From sequence record PX670417.1: a DNA stretch of 64,000 bases. The stretch is one strand, 5' to 3'. A model generated the notes under the pieces. The model made no database searches. It was not told the origin of the DNA and was given only the letters and a program-made list of their open reading frames with translations. Source of the DNA: a phage. Positions 18,750 to 27,140 of the stretch are shown in pieces. The translations under genes and the position numbers were made by a program. Numbering within the stretch: position 1 is the first letter of the stretch; each line of letters starts with the position of its first letter.

Positions 18750-18815
18750 CAGGTATGGTGCGGTGGTGTAAGGTGGTGTCAGGTGTAGTATGGTGCGGTG
18801 AGGTTCGGTATGGGT
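18750..18815 (+). repeat. GGT-rich degenerate short tandem repeat tract (R1a)
   Basis: ggtatggtgcggtggtgtaaggtggtgtcaggtgtagtatggtgcggtgaggttcggtatggg; 5-6 nt periodicity. Confidence 0.6.
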
Positions 18816-18819
18816 AGTT

Positions 18820-18852
18820 AGTCTCAGCTACATTAAAATGAGACTTATCTTT
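18820..18852 (+). other. conserved hairpin AGTCTCA-gctacattaaaa-TGAGACT followed by T-run (terminator-like), copy 1
   Basis: 7-bp stem; near-identical copy at 20329-20353; variant copy at 20197-20222 keeps pairing through compensatory changes. Confidence 0.55.
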
Positions 18853-18885
18853 TTAAAAGGTCTTTAAGAGGGTCTTTTAATAAGG

Positions 18886-18950
18886 TGTGGTAGGGTTAGG
18901 TGGAGTTGGGTATGGTGTGGTGTGGCACGGTGTGGGTGGATGGTAGTAGC
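18886..18950 (+). repeat. GGT-rich degenerate short tandem repeat tract (R1b)
   Basis: gtggtagggttaggtggagttgggtatggtgtggtgtggcacggtgtgggtgg. Confidence 0.6.
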
Positions 18951-18951
18951 C

Positions 18952-18967
18952 ACGTTAAAAATCTACC
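18952..18967 (+). other. hairpin GGTAG-N6-CTACC; counterpart at 20457-20482 is GGCAG/CTGCC
   Basis: Stem differs from R2 copy by a compensatory T/A to C/G change. Confidence 0.45.
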
Positions 18968-19025
18968 AAGTTTCTAAAGAGTCTTCTGTTGAGGGTTCTT
19001 TACAAACAACTTAACAATCAACTAA

Positions 19026-19631
<606 letters not shown>

Positions 19632-19633
19632 TT

Positions 19634-20074
19634 ATGAATACAAAAGCATTAGCAGCAAAGTTTAGTTACGGCGACACTGTATCACATTCCGAGATGGACA
19701 CCTTCTTAGGTATTGTGAAGCCAACCTATCAAGGTGACATTGTTAAGTACGAAGATGAAATGAAGGCTTATGCACTTACACGTCTAAACCGACTTGAGAA
19801 GTTTATTGAAAAGCTTCTTAAAGAAGAGAAGATTTATCTGGTTGCTTCAATGGGTGTTGGTTATCGTGTGGTTGAACCTAAGCATCAAGCAACTATTGCA
19901 AAACGCAAAATGTCTGGTAAGATTGGTCGAGCTTTAAAGCAAGCCACTCAAGCAATTGAGAATGTGAACACTATGGCGCTTAGTCATCAAGAACGTTCAC
20001 GACTGATTGAACAGCAAAACCATTTAGCTGCTATGAAAGCTAACATTAACAAGCAACGTAGAAAACCTTTCTAA
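19634..20074 (+). CDS. hypothetical protein
   Basis: ORF track 146 aa; followed by terminator. Confidence 0.55.
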   Translation: MNTKALAAKFSYGDTVSHSEMDTFLGIVKPTYQGDIVKYEDEMKAYALTRLNRLEKFIEKLLKEEKIYLVASMGVGYRVVEPKHQATIAKRKMSGKIGRALKQATQAIENVNTMALSHQERSRLIEQQNHLAAMKANINKQRRKPF

Positions 20075-20085
20075 GTTGACTAGGT

Positions 20086-20110
20086 AGCCTCTTCGGAGGC
20101 TCCTTTTTAA
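20086..20110 (+). terminator. rho-independent terminator (AGCCTC-ttcg-GAGGCT + T-run)
   Basis: Stem 20086-20101 then CCTTTTT; same hairpin sequence as terminator at 4456-4473 in opposite orientation. Confidence 0.65.
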
Positions 20111-20139
20111 AAGGTCTTTTAAGAGGGTCTTTTAATGAG

Positions 20140-20196
20140 GTAAGGTGCGGTCTGGCAAGGCATGGTATGGTTGGGTGAGGTGAGGTATGGGTAGTT
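20140..20196 (+). repeat. GGT-rich degenerate short tandem repeat tract (R2a)
   Basis: taaggtgcggtctggcaaggcatggtatggttgggtgaggtgaggtatggg. Confidence 0.6.
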
Positions 20197-20222
20197 AATC
20201 GGAGCTACATTAAAATTCGATT
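20197..20222 (+). other. variant hairpin AATCGGA-gctacattaaaa-TTCGATT
   Basis: Same loop as 18820 and 20329 hairpins but different stem sequence that still pairs (three compensatory differences incl. one G-T wobble). Confidence 0.55.
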
Positions 20223-20223
20223 A

Positions 20224-20262
20224 CATCACTTAAGAGTCTTCTAAGAGGGTTTTTAAGTGATG
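20224..20262 (+). other. long hairpin (10-bp stem CATCACTTAA / TTAAGTGATG), copy 2
   Basis: Same stem as 18700-18738; loop differs at a few positions. Confidence 0.5.
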
Positions 20263-20264
20263 TT

Positions 20265-20328
20265 CGGTAGGGTCTGGTAGGGTAAGGTCTGGTCTGGTAG
20301 GGTCTGGTAGGGTGAGGTATGGGTAGTT
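20265..20328 (+). repeat. GGT-rich degenerate short tandem repeat tract (R2b)
   Basis: gttcggtagggtctggtagggtaaggtctggtctggtagggtctggtagggtgaggtatggg. Confidence 0.6.
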
Positions 20329-20360
20329 AGTCTCAGCTACATTAAAATGAGACTTACCTT
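20329..20360 (+). other. conserved hairpin AGTCTCA-gctacattaaaa-TGAGACT followed by T-run, copy 2
   Basis: Near-identical to 18820-18852 including flanks (about 80 nt direct repeat 18806-18888 vs 20318-20399). Confidence 0.55.
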
Positions 20361-20394
20361 TTTAAAAGGTCTTTAAACAGGGTGTTTTAATAAG

Positions 20395-20456
20395 GTGCTG
20401 TATGGTGGGGTAAGGTAGGGTTAGGCGAGGTCAGGTGAGGTTTGGTATGGAAGGAT
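20395..20456 (+). repeat. GGT-rich degenerate short tandem repeat tract (R2c)
   Basis: gtgctgtatggtggggtaaggtagggttaggcgaggtcaggtgaggtttggtatgg. Confidence 0.6.
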
Positions 20457-20501
20457 GGCAGTAGCCTTATAAAAAATCTGCCAAATAAGCTATAAAATCT
20501 G

Positions 20502-20530
20502 TTGACAAGTCAGGTGTTATAGCTTATTTT
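20502..20530 (+). promoter_or_regulatory. sigma70-like promoter GTTGACAAGT...TATTTT
   Basis: TTGACA 20502-20507, 17-bp spacer, TATTTT; about 45 nt upstream of gene at 20575. Confidence 0.45.
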
Positions 20531-20574
20531 TATACTCAACGTAATACAAAATTTAATATAACTTTGAGGTCATT

Positions 20575-20958
20575 ATGAAAAAGATTTTATTAGCTGCTGC
20601 AATGGTTATGGCAATGAATTTACCAGTCAATGCAACAGAACTCCCAAATGTGGACTTATCAGGTGTTCCAGAAGACACTTGCCAGATTGTTAAAGGTGTT
20701 TCTCTGGCTAATGGTGAGTTACTTAAACCAATCTCTGAAGAGTCTTTGACAGAGATGACTGATAAGGTAACTGACTATCAATATCGCGTTCTTGCAGAGT
20801 ATTTCCTGCAATCTGCAAATATTAAAGAGAAGCACCATGATGATATTGATGTACAGGCTATGCTCAATCATCGTATTCAGTTTAAAGAAGATTTGATGCA
20901 AAAAGCTATGTATAGTGTTGAGTATTTCTTAGAAAACAGAAGCTGCACAGGTATTTGA
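20575..20958 (+). CDS. secreted/periplasmic protein with N-terminal signal peptide
   Basis: MKKILLAAAMVMAMNLPVNA-TE signal-peptide-like N-terminus; 127 aa. Confidence 0.5.
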   Translation: MKKILLAAAMVMAMNLPVNATELPNVDLSGVPEDTCQIVKGVSLANGELLKPISEESLTEMTDKVTDYQYRVLAEYFLQSANIKEKHHDDIDVQAMLNHRIQFKEDLMQKAMYSVEYFLENRSCTGI

Positions 20959-20959
20959 T

Positions 20960-21172
20960 ATGGCTCTTAAAAAGTTACATCCCAGAAGCGGCTATGGTAA
21001 GATAATTGATGATGCAGATGGCTTTACAGTCTTTACAGTTATCTGTCAAGATGATTCACAGATTGAAAAGGCTCTTGATGATTATCTTAATGATGAACGT
21101 GAAAAGGTTAGGGCTACAAACATAGATTCATTGATTGACACTTCACGTAAACGGAAGAAGAAAGATGAATGA
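20960..21172 (+). CDS. hypothetical protein
   Basis: ORF track 70 aa. Confidence 0.4.
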   Translation: MALKKLHPRSGYGKIIDDADGFTVFTVICQDDSQIEKALDDYLNDEREKVRATNIDSLIDTSRKRKKKDE

Positions 21173-21464
21173 GGTTTTTGACCCTTATGCTCCACAAGAT
21201 GATTGGGAGGCTGATAGAGAGGCTGAAATGGAGAGTTATATTTGTCCAATGGATGTAGACGAAATGAGAGACTTCGTTGCACATCGTTTTAAGAGAGAGA
21301 TTAAATCCAGAGGTCTTTCTCAAGAGCAAGTTGCTAAAATTTGTGGTATCTCTCAGGCTCGTGTATCCAACATAATCCACCTCACTGGTAATGTCTCCCT
21401 TGAGTATATGTTGGAAGTATGCGAAAAATTTGGTGTTAATTTTAATTTAAGGCTGGCAGATTAA
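21165..21464 (+). CDS. helix-turn-helix (XRE-like) DNA-binding protein
   Basis: LSQEQVAKICGISQARVSNII matches HTH pattern; start moved to internal ATG 21165. Confidence 0.5.
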   Translation: MNEVFDPYAPQDDWEADREAEMESYICPMDVDEMRDFVAHRFKREIKSRGLSQEQVAKICGISQARVSNIIHLTGNVSLEYMLEVCEKFGVNFNLRLAD

Positions 21465-21465
21465 T

Positions 21466-21825
21466 ATGAAACGTGAAAACATTATCCACTCTGAAAACTT
21501 CGCATTAGGCTTTTATGGTGTACCCACTCACCTTGAAAAGTATTATGGTGTAAAGATTCTTTCCAATCTCATTATGGCTTACAAAGATGGTAAGATTAAG
21601 CACACTGAGAAGAAACGAGTCATGGGATACATGGCTGTAGGTTCAGCAATCTCAAACATTAAGCTAGAAACCACTAGCAGCCAGATTGTGAAAGACCACT
21701 TCATCAAAGAGCTTTACCACAATCTTGATGGTGTAGATGTTCAGGCTGTTTGGCTGGATGTTGACGGTCACAATTACACAAGTTTCGTTTTCAAAAACGA
21801 CGACATTAAGTGTCTGTTCCCATAA
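21466..21825 (+). CDS. hypothetical protein
   Basis: ORF track 119 aa. Confidence 0.45.
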   Translation: MKRENIIHSENFALGFYGVPTHLEKYYGVKILSNLIMAYKDGKIKHTEKKRVMGYMAVGSAISNIKLETTSSQIVKDHFIKELYHNLDGVDVQAVWLDVDGHNYTSFVFKNDDIKCLFP

Positions 21826-21838
21826 TAGGTGATTAACT

Positions 21839-22354
21839 ATGATTGATATCTTCTTACAAGATGCTCATGCAGACTTCCTTAAAGTGATGCTTAAAAAGTT
21901 TATGGCTTCACAGTATGAGAATGAAGCATCTTTTAAAATAGTTACGTGTGGCGATGAGGCGGGTTTTGTTGAGATTGAACATGAAGGTACTGGAAAGACT
22001 GTTTGCAAGTTACCTGATAGTATGTTCTCTAATACGTTCTTAACAAAGACTAGTATAAATGTGAAGCTTGTTCCTCAGATTGAAACATACTCTGGTACAG
22101 ATTACCCTAAAGGTTTTAAGTCACTGATGAAGTACTTCTTAGATGACTTTGTGAGTAATCTTCTGAGGGAGGTAAAAGAGAGTCGTACAGTATTAACTGT
22201 AGAGAATATGGGAGGTACTATAAGGGTTACTTCTGACTGCTTTGTTATGAGCCTCTTCGACTTCGTTCCTAAGAACTTTGATGGTATTCTGGATGAAGAA
22301 GATGACTGTGTAGACTTTATATTGGTTCTTGAGCCAGTTTTTGAGGTTAAATAG
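21839..22354 (+). CDS. hypothetical protein
   Basis: ORF track 171 aa. Confidence 0.5.
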   Translation: MIDIFLQDAHADFLKVMLKKFMASQYENEASFKIVTCGDEAGFVEIEHEGTGKTVCKLPDSMFSNTFLTKTSINVKLVPQIETYSGTDYPKGFKSLMKYFLDDFVSNLLREVKESRTVLTVENMGGTIRVTSDCFVMSLFDFVPKNFDGILDEEDDCVDFILVLEPVFEVK

Positions 22355-22615
22355 ATGAAAATTGAACACTGCTATGAGTCTGATGGAACACCTATCCGTT
22401 GTCCACATTGTGGGTGTACAGACTTGCAAGGTGAAGTTCATGTGATTGTTAATGGTCATATAGCTGAAGAAAGTACTACATGTGTTGGTTGTGGTGAGCA
22501 TCTATCATTCTGGGCTTATGGTTCATACCAACCTACACCACACTTAATCTACCATAGCAATAAAGCTGTGAAGAATATTATCAACTGGTTTATTAAGAAA
22601 GGATTTATAAAATGA
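22355..22615 (+). CDS. small zinc-ribbon protein
   Basis: CPHCGC...CVGCGE Cys pairs. Confidence 0.45.
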   Translation: MKIEHCYESDGTPIRCPHCGCTDLQGEVHVIVNGHIAEESTTCVGCGEHLSFWAYGSYQPTPHLIYHSNKAVKNIINWFIKKGFIK

Positions 22616-23157
22616 TTAAATTAATCTTTGCAAGTGGTGAAAATGGGGAGTTTGGTACTCCAACTGGTATGCCGTGGCCTCGACATAAACAGGACATGCA
22701 AGAGTTTAAGAGACTCACTAAAAATAACTTAGTAGTAATGGGTAATGAGACTTTTAAGACTCTTGGTAGTAAACCTTTACCAGAACGTGCAAACCTCATC
22801 TTAACAAATTCTGTACCATACTTAGGCATAGACTTTGGCAAAGATGATGTAATGTATGCTAAAGCCAGTAAAGAGTCATTTGGAGCATTTTTGAAATATC
22901 TTGATAGCTCTATTGATGAAGATGTCTTTGTAATTGGTGGTGCAGGTGTCCTTGTCAATGCTTTACCGTATGCTGGTGTAGTGTTCCATACAGTTTTCCA
23001 TAAAGTTACTGAAGAGGTCACTGTGCATTTACCTTTTGAAAACTTCTTTGAGAAGTTGTATGATAACCGTGTATTTACAAAGGTACAGTCAAAACCATCA
23101 GAGGATGGTAAAGCAACTTTTGAAATTTATGTTCCACAAGTAAAAGGACACTTTTGA
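22612..23157 (+). CDS. frd: dihydrofolate reductase
   Basis: 181 aa; DHFR-like N-terminal region (MPWPRHKQDMQEF..VVMG..TF..LP.R.NLILT); ATGA-type overlap with downstream thymidylate synthase. Confidence 0.75.
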   Translation: MIKLIFASGENGEFGTPTGMPWPRHKQDMQEFKRLTKNNLVVMGNETFKTLGSKPLPERANLILTNSVPYLGIDFGKDDVMYAKASKESFGAFLKYLDSSIDEDVFVIGGAGVLVNALPYAGVVFHTVFHKVTEEVTVHLPFENFFEKLYDNRVFTKVQSKPSEDGKATFEIYVPQVKGHF

Positions 23158-23158
23158 T

Positions 23159-24058
23159 ATGTCACAAGCAGATACAAGTTACAAAAATATCCTGAACCAT
23201 GTTTTATCAGTTGGTGAACTGCGCACTACACGAACTGGGGATGTTATTTCTGCATTTGCTCCACCTCAGTTTCGTTTTGATATGCGAACTGGTTTCCCGC
23301 TCTTAACATCTAAACAGGTGTTTACACGGCAAGTTATTGGGGAAGCTTTATGGTTCCTTAACGGAGAGAATAAGCTGGGTGAACTTCGTTACCGTACTTG
23401 GGGTGAAAATGACGGAGAACGCTGGACTATCTGGTCAGATGATTTTAAACGCTGGTTAAGCTCTAATTATTCTTCTGAACAGGATTGGTTAGAAGATGCA
23501 GGTGGAAGAATCTACGGAGTTCAGTGGAGAAACTTTGAAGGTCATAATGGTTGTGTTGTAGACCAGTTAGAGACCTTAGTAACAAAGATGAAGGGTGATA
23601 TCACAGACCGTTACATGCTTGTTAATGCTTGGAATGCAGCAGATATTGCAGCAAACTCAATGGCTTTAGCACCTTGTCATGTTCTGTTTCAGATTTATAT
23701 CACTAATGAAGGTGAAGTTGACTTACAATGGTATCAGCGTTCTGTAGACACCTTTTTAGGACTTCCGTTTAACATTGCATCTTATGGTTTTATTCTAGAA
23801 GTTCTTTGCAAGATGACTGGATACACTCCACGGTACTTGATAGGTGTCTTTGGGGATACTCAGATTTATCAGAACCATATGAAACAGGTTTATGAACTGA
23901 TGAACAATAAAGAGTTCCATGCACCTACTTTTGAGATTGGTGTACCACTTAACACTTTAAGTGACCTTAAACATCTCACTGCAAGTGACTTTATTGGTGG
24001 AATTAGTAACTACCAACATGCAGGAAAGATTGAAGCACCTTTGTCAGTAGGTAAGTAG
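23159..24058 (+). CDS. thyA: thymidylate synthase
   Basis: 299 aa; conserved FPLLTSKQV and active-site LAPCHVLFQ motifs. Confidence 0.85.
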   Translation: MSQADTSYKNILNHVLSVGELRTTRTGDVISAFAPPQFRFDMRTGFPLLTSKQVFTRQVIGEALWFLNGENKLGELRYRTWGENDGERWTIWSDDFKRWLSSNYSSEQDWLEDAGGRIYGVQWRNFEGHNGCVVDQLETLVTKMKGDITDRYMLVNAWNAADIAANSMALAPCHVLFQIYITNEGEVDLQWYQRSVDTFLGLPFNIASYGFILEVLCKMTGYTPRYLIGVFGDTQIYQNHMKQVYELMNNKEFHAPTFEIGVPLNTLSDLKHLTASDFIGGISNYQHAGKIEAPLSVGK

Positions 24059-24062
24059 AAAC

Positions 24063-24100
24063 AAAAAAGGCTCCTTTTTACGGGAGCCTTAAAATTTTAT
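24063..24100. terminator. bidirectional rho-independent terminator (GGCTCC-N8-GGAGCC flanked by A-run and T-run)
   Basis: Between convergent genes thyA (+) and 24097-24468 (-). Confidence 0.6.
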
Positions 24101-24468
24101 TTTTCAGTATTCTTTGTGTTCTTTTCAGTAATAGCTTGGAGGGCTGATACTGATTGAGCCAGATTGTTAACACTATCAGAGAATTTATCAAGAGTCTTAG
24201 TAAGTTTTGCGTTCTCTCCCTTAACATTCTCTAACTGGACTTTCTGGTTCTCCATCCCTAGCTGAAGCAGCCTCATATCAGACTGTAAATCACGAATAGC
24301 TGAATAATTGCTTTTGGAATAATTATCTAGCTGTTGCAACTTTGTTGTGATAGACACTTCTTGTTTACCATCCGAAACTTGCATGGTGGTATACATCCCA
24401 ATAACACTAAAAATACCAACTACAATTGCACCAATATTATTTTTAAAAGCTTCCTCTAGCCACTTCAT
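24097..24468 (-). CDS. membrane-anchored coiled-coil protein (possibly lysis/spanin-like or fiber-associated)
   Basis: 123 aa; N-terminal TM segment IGAIVVGIFSVIGMY then coiled coil. Confidence 0.4.
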   Translation of the reverse strand: MKWLEEAFKNNIGAIVVGIFSVIGMYTTMQVSDGKQEVSITTKLQQLDNYSKSNYSAIRDLQSDMRLLQLGMENQKVQLENVKGENAKLTKTLDKFSDSVNNLAQSVSALQAITEKNTKNTEK

Positions 24469-24662
24469 TTATTCTCCCCCTTAAAAGCTTTTTCTAAGTT
24501 ATCTACGAACTCATCATCAATAGGTGTGTCTGTCTTACTCGCAAGGTATCTTGCAAGCCTAAAGAACACTTTCTCAATCATGTATTCACTTAGAAGGGAT
24601 AAAATGAGTTTCCAGAAGAAGCTACCTAGATTTTTTAGAAGAATTGCTAGGATTGTAGGCAT
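24465..24662 (-). CDS. small membrane protein (holin-like topology)
   Basis: 65 aa; one hydrophobic segment then charged C-terminus. Confidence 0.35.
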   Translation of the reverse strand: MPTILAILLKNLGSFFWKLILSLLSEYMIEKVFFRLARYLASKTDTPIDDEFVDNLEKAFKGENK

Positions 24663-24741
24663 TTAATCACCTCATCAGCCAAGATGGTGAGAATACCCAT
24701 AAAGAATATTAACACCATCTTAACAAGCAGTCAATAATGGA

Positions 24742-24925
24742 TTAAGCAGTTCTTACCCAAGCCATTAACTTATAGAACTGGTTAGTAACACTGAATGCTG
24801 AACCAGAACCTGTACCACCAGTGTTACCACTAACTGTGTGGGTGTGAGCACCAATAGCTATTGCGTGAGCATGCTGCGCACCGTGGTCAGTATAACCACT
24901 TACAGAGTGGGTGTGGTCACCACCC
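24742..24925 (-). other. out-of-frame C-terminal extension of tail fiber gene (HxH-repeat tip) reachable by a 1-nt change in a G6 run
   Basis: Frame shifted relative to 24917-27094 encodes ...GDHTHSVSGYTDHGAQHAHAIAIGAHTHTVSG...AFSVTNQFYKLMAWVRTA, homologous to the C-terminus of fiber 27141-28289. Confidence 0.6.
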
Positions 24926-27094
24926 CCCATCAGTGTAACCCGGACCTGTACCGATTCTACCACCACCACCACCAGAATAGTGTGTAGAGTTCTGACCAAT
25001 CCACGAGATAGCGTGGTTGTGGTGACCAGCAGATGAAGTAGAACCACTTACAGCGTGTGAGTGAGCACCATTGACAACAGTTTCTTTTACACCATAATCA
25101 AAAGATGAAGTGGTAGCAGAGAAACTATGAGTGTGTGATGGTAAGTTACCAACAGCTAACGCCACAGAATCTGAACCACCAGTTGTAGCAACATCTGAAC
25201 CGTTTGCTGCTGCAATTCTGATAGTTCTACCAACACCATTGTTGAGGTACGTCCAAGTTAGACCAGGCAGTGCTGTATTAGGGTCAACATTACTGTTAAA
25301 CCATGTCACAATACCCACTGGATAGATTTTATTAAGGTCTGTAGAGTCACTTACTGCCTGTGCAATCTTCTGGTCAGTCTCTGCTTTAGTGTATGCACCA
25401 ATTTCTGAAGGGGTTGGTTTCTGAGCTTCGTTGTAAACCTTAGACCATCCAGCCTCAAAACCATGTGCGTCTCTGGCTGTTCTGTACCACATCCCACCAT
25501 TTTTATAATCAAACATCAATTGTGCAGCAGGTGTTGATGCTCCCGTATTAACGAACATATGCGAGACTAAACGGCTTGCCCCACCACCCTTAATCATCTC
25601 AATATAAATTCCTGAAGGTTGATTCCAAGCTACGCCACCATCTTCTTCTCTTACTGTGCCTCTGGCTGCTGACCAGATATACTTTGAATCGGTTGCAGAT
25701 TTAACGTAGTATCTAGCATCTAAGTTAGTCCAGTCTTGTGGTTGTACCTGTCCATTAATATACAGGCTCTTATTCACACTAACCAATGCTTGCTCTAGAG
25801 AAATTTGAGTGCCTGAAAAGCTGTTATTCAAGGCTACCACGTTAGAGCTAGCGCCTCCTACACCTAGCCACCACCTAGATACATTCGCAGTATCAACGCC
25901 ACGAATATACAAACCTTGATTTTGTGTCAAATTCTTAACAATCAACCCTTCATTGTTAGCAACAATAGTCTGTGTATTCGTGAAAGTATTAGACACATTA
26001 AGTTTAGCAAGATTACTCAGAGTTCCTGCTGGGATGTATCTAGAGTCAATATTAGTCCAATCTGAAGGCTGAACTTGTCCAGTGATTTTTACAGTCTTGC
26101 TGAATGTAGCACCAGACGAGTCTAAGACCATCGAGGTGTTGCCCTTATAATCGTGTAATGTGGTACTATAGTTTGCACTACCCTTACCAAGATACCACAA
26201 GTTATTATTTTCACTATCTTTTGCTAGGATGAATAAAGATTCATTTGTAGATTTATTTTGCAGCATGATAGCAGCAGAATTAGAGATGATGTTAACAGCA
26301 TTATTGAATGTATTTAAACCACTAAAAGTATTATTAGCAGTTAACTGTGCAAATCTCTGATTAGCTGCTGTCTGAGTAAAGTATCTAGCATCTAAGTTAG
26401 ACCAATCAGAAGGCTGTACTTGACCAGTGATTGCTAAAGACTTATTAACAGAGATATTGCTTGCAACAGTCACTGCTGAGTTGTATTTGTTGTTATACAG
26501 GCTTACTGCATCATCGCCATTGCTACCAATACCAATCCACCATCTAGCTGAACCATCTAGGTTTACACCCTCAATGTATTGTGCATTATTTGCAATCTGG
26601 TTTCTAAGGCGAAGTGCGTTACCATCACTTTGAATACTCTGATTTCTAGAGAATGTGTTTGTAACAGCAAGCCTTGCATATCTTGCATCATTCTCTTCAT
26701 TAGTTCTCATCCCAAGTTCATTAGGGCTTGGCTTATTCAGAGTATGATAAACAGTTGCCGACCTTGAAGCATCTGCAATAGTCAGTTTAAGACCATTTGC
26801 ATTGATTTTAAAAGTCTTTAAAACATCCCCCATAGTAATCTCAGAAGAGTCTGTAGGGTCAAATACGGCCTTACCACCATAAAGTAACTTGACAATTCCT
26901 AAGTCACCCGTCATAGTGCTACCAGCAATCTGGACAAATCTTTCTAGTTTAAAAGATGCTAAGAAGTCTTGATAGGTCATTCGACGGTCTTCATCACCTA
27001 ACATTTCAGGTCTCTTTTTGACCCTGACATGAAGAAGGTCGTCAGAACGGATTGTGTCGATTGAGTTTAATTCACTCAACTTGTAATCTGCCAT
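24917..27094 (-). CDS. tail fiber protein (as sequenced, truncated at homopolymer tract before conserved C-terminal tip)
   Basis: 725 aa; repeated SDWxNxDxRY motifs; ends GPGYTDGGW directly at C6 run 24923-24928. Confidence 0.65.
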   Translation of the reverse strand: MADYKLSELNSIDTIRSDDLLHVRVKKRPEMLGDEDRRMTYQDFLASFKLERFVQIAGSTMTGDLGIVKLLYGGKAVFDPTDSSEITMGDVLKTFKINANGLKLTIADASRSATVYHTLNKPSPNELGMRTNEENDARYARLAVTNTFSRNQSIQSDGNALRLRNQIANNAQYIEGVNLDGSARWWIGIGSNGDDAVSLYNNKYNSAVTVASNISVNKSLAITGQVQPSDWSNLDARYFTQTAANQRFAQLTANNTFSGLNTFNNAVNIISNSAAIMLQNKSTNESLFILAKDSENNNLWYLGKGSANYSTTLHDYKGNTSMVLDSSGATFSKTVKITGQVQPSDWTNIDSRYIPAGTLSNLAKLNVSNTFTNTQTIVANNEGLIVKNLTQNQGLYIRGVDTANVSRWWLGVGGASSNVVALNNSFSGTQISLEQALVSVNKSLYINGQVQPQDWTNLDARYYVKSATDSKYIWSAARGTVREEDGGVAWNQPSGIYIEMIKGGGASRLVSHMFVNTGASTPAAQLMFDYKNGGMWYRTARDAHGFEAGWSKVYNEAQKPTPSEIGAYTKAETDQKIAQAVSDSTDLNKIYPVGIVTWFNSNVDPNTALPGLTWTYLNNGVGRTIRIAAANGSDVATTGGSDSVALAVGNLPSHTHSFSATTSSFDYGVKETVVNGAHSHAVSGSTSSAGHHNHAISWIGQNSTHYSGGGGGRIGTGPGYTDGGW

Positions 27095-27107
27095 TATAAA
27101 TTTTCCT

Positions 27108-27130
27108 CTTAAAAGGGGCTATAAAGCCCC
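27108..27130 (-). terminator. hairpin GGGGCT-ataa-AGCCCC with U-run between the two fiber genes (terminator/attenuator)
   Basis: Minus-sense hairpin followed by UUUUAAGAGG then ATG of downstream fiber gene. Confidence 0.45.
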
Positions 27131-27140
27131 TGTAAAGAAA

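Noticed and set aside
18750-18815. GGT-rich tracts as a coding sequence or CRISPR-like array
   Set aside because: Frames contain stops within about 20 codons, and the units are short degenerate tandem repeats without repeat-spacer organisation; no CRISPR array is present in the window.
24742-25047. 101-aa ORF as an independent gene
   Set aside because: Its N-terminal portion overlaps the fiber gene out of frame and only the C-terminal part is homologous to a fiber tip; interpreted as the frameshifted continuation of the fiber gene.
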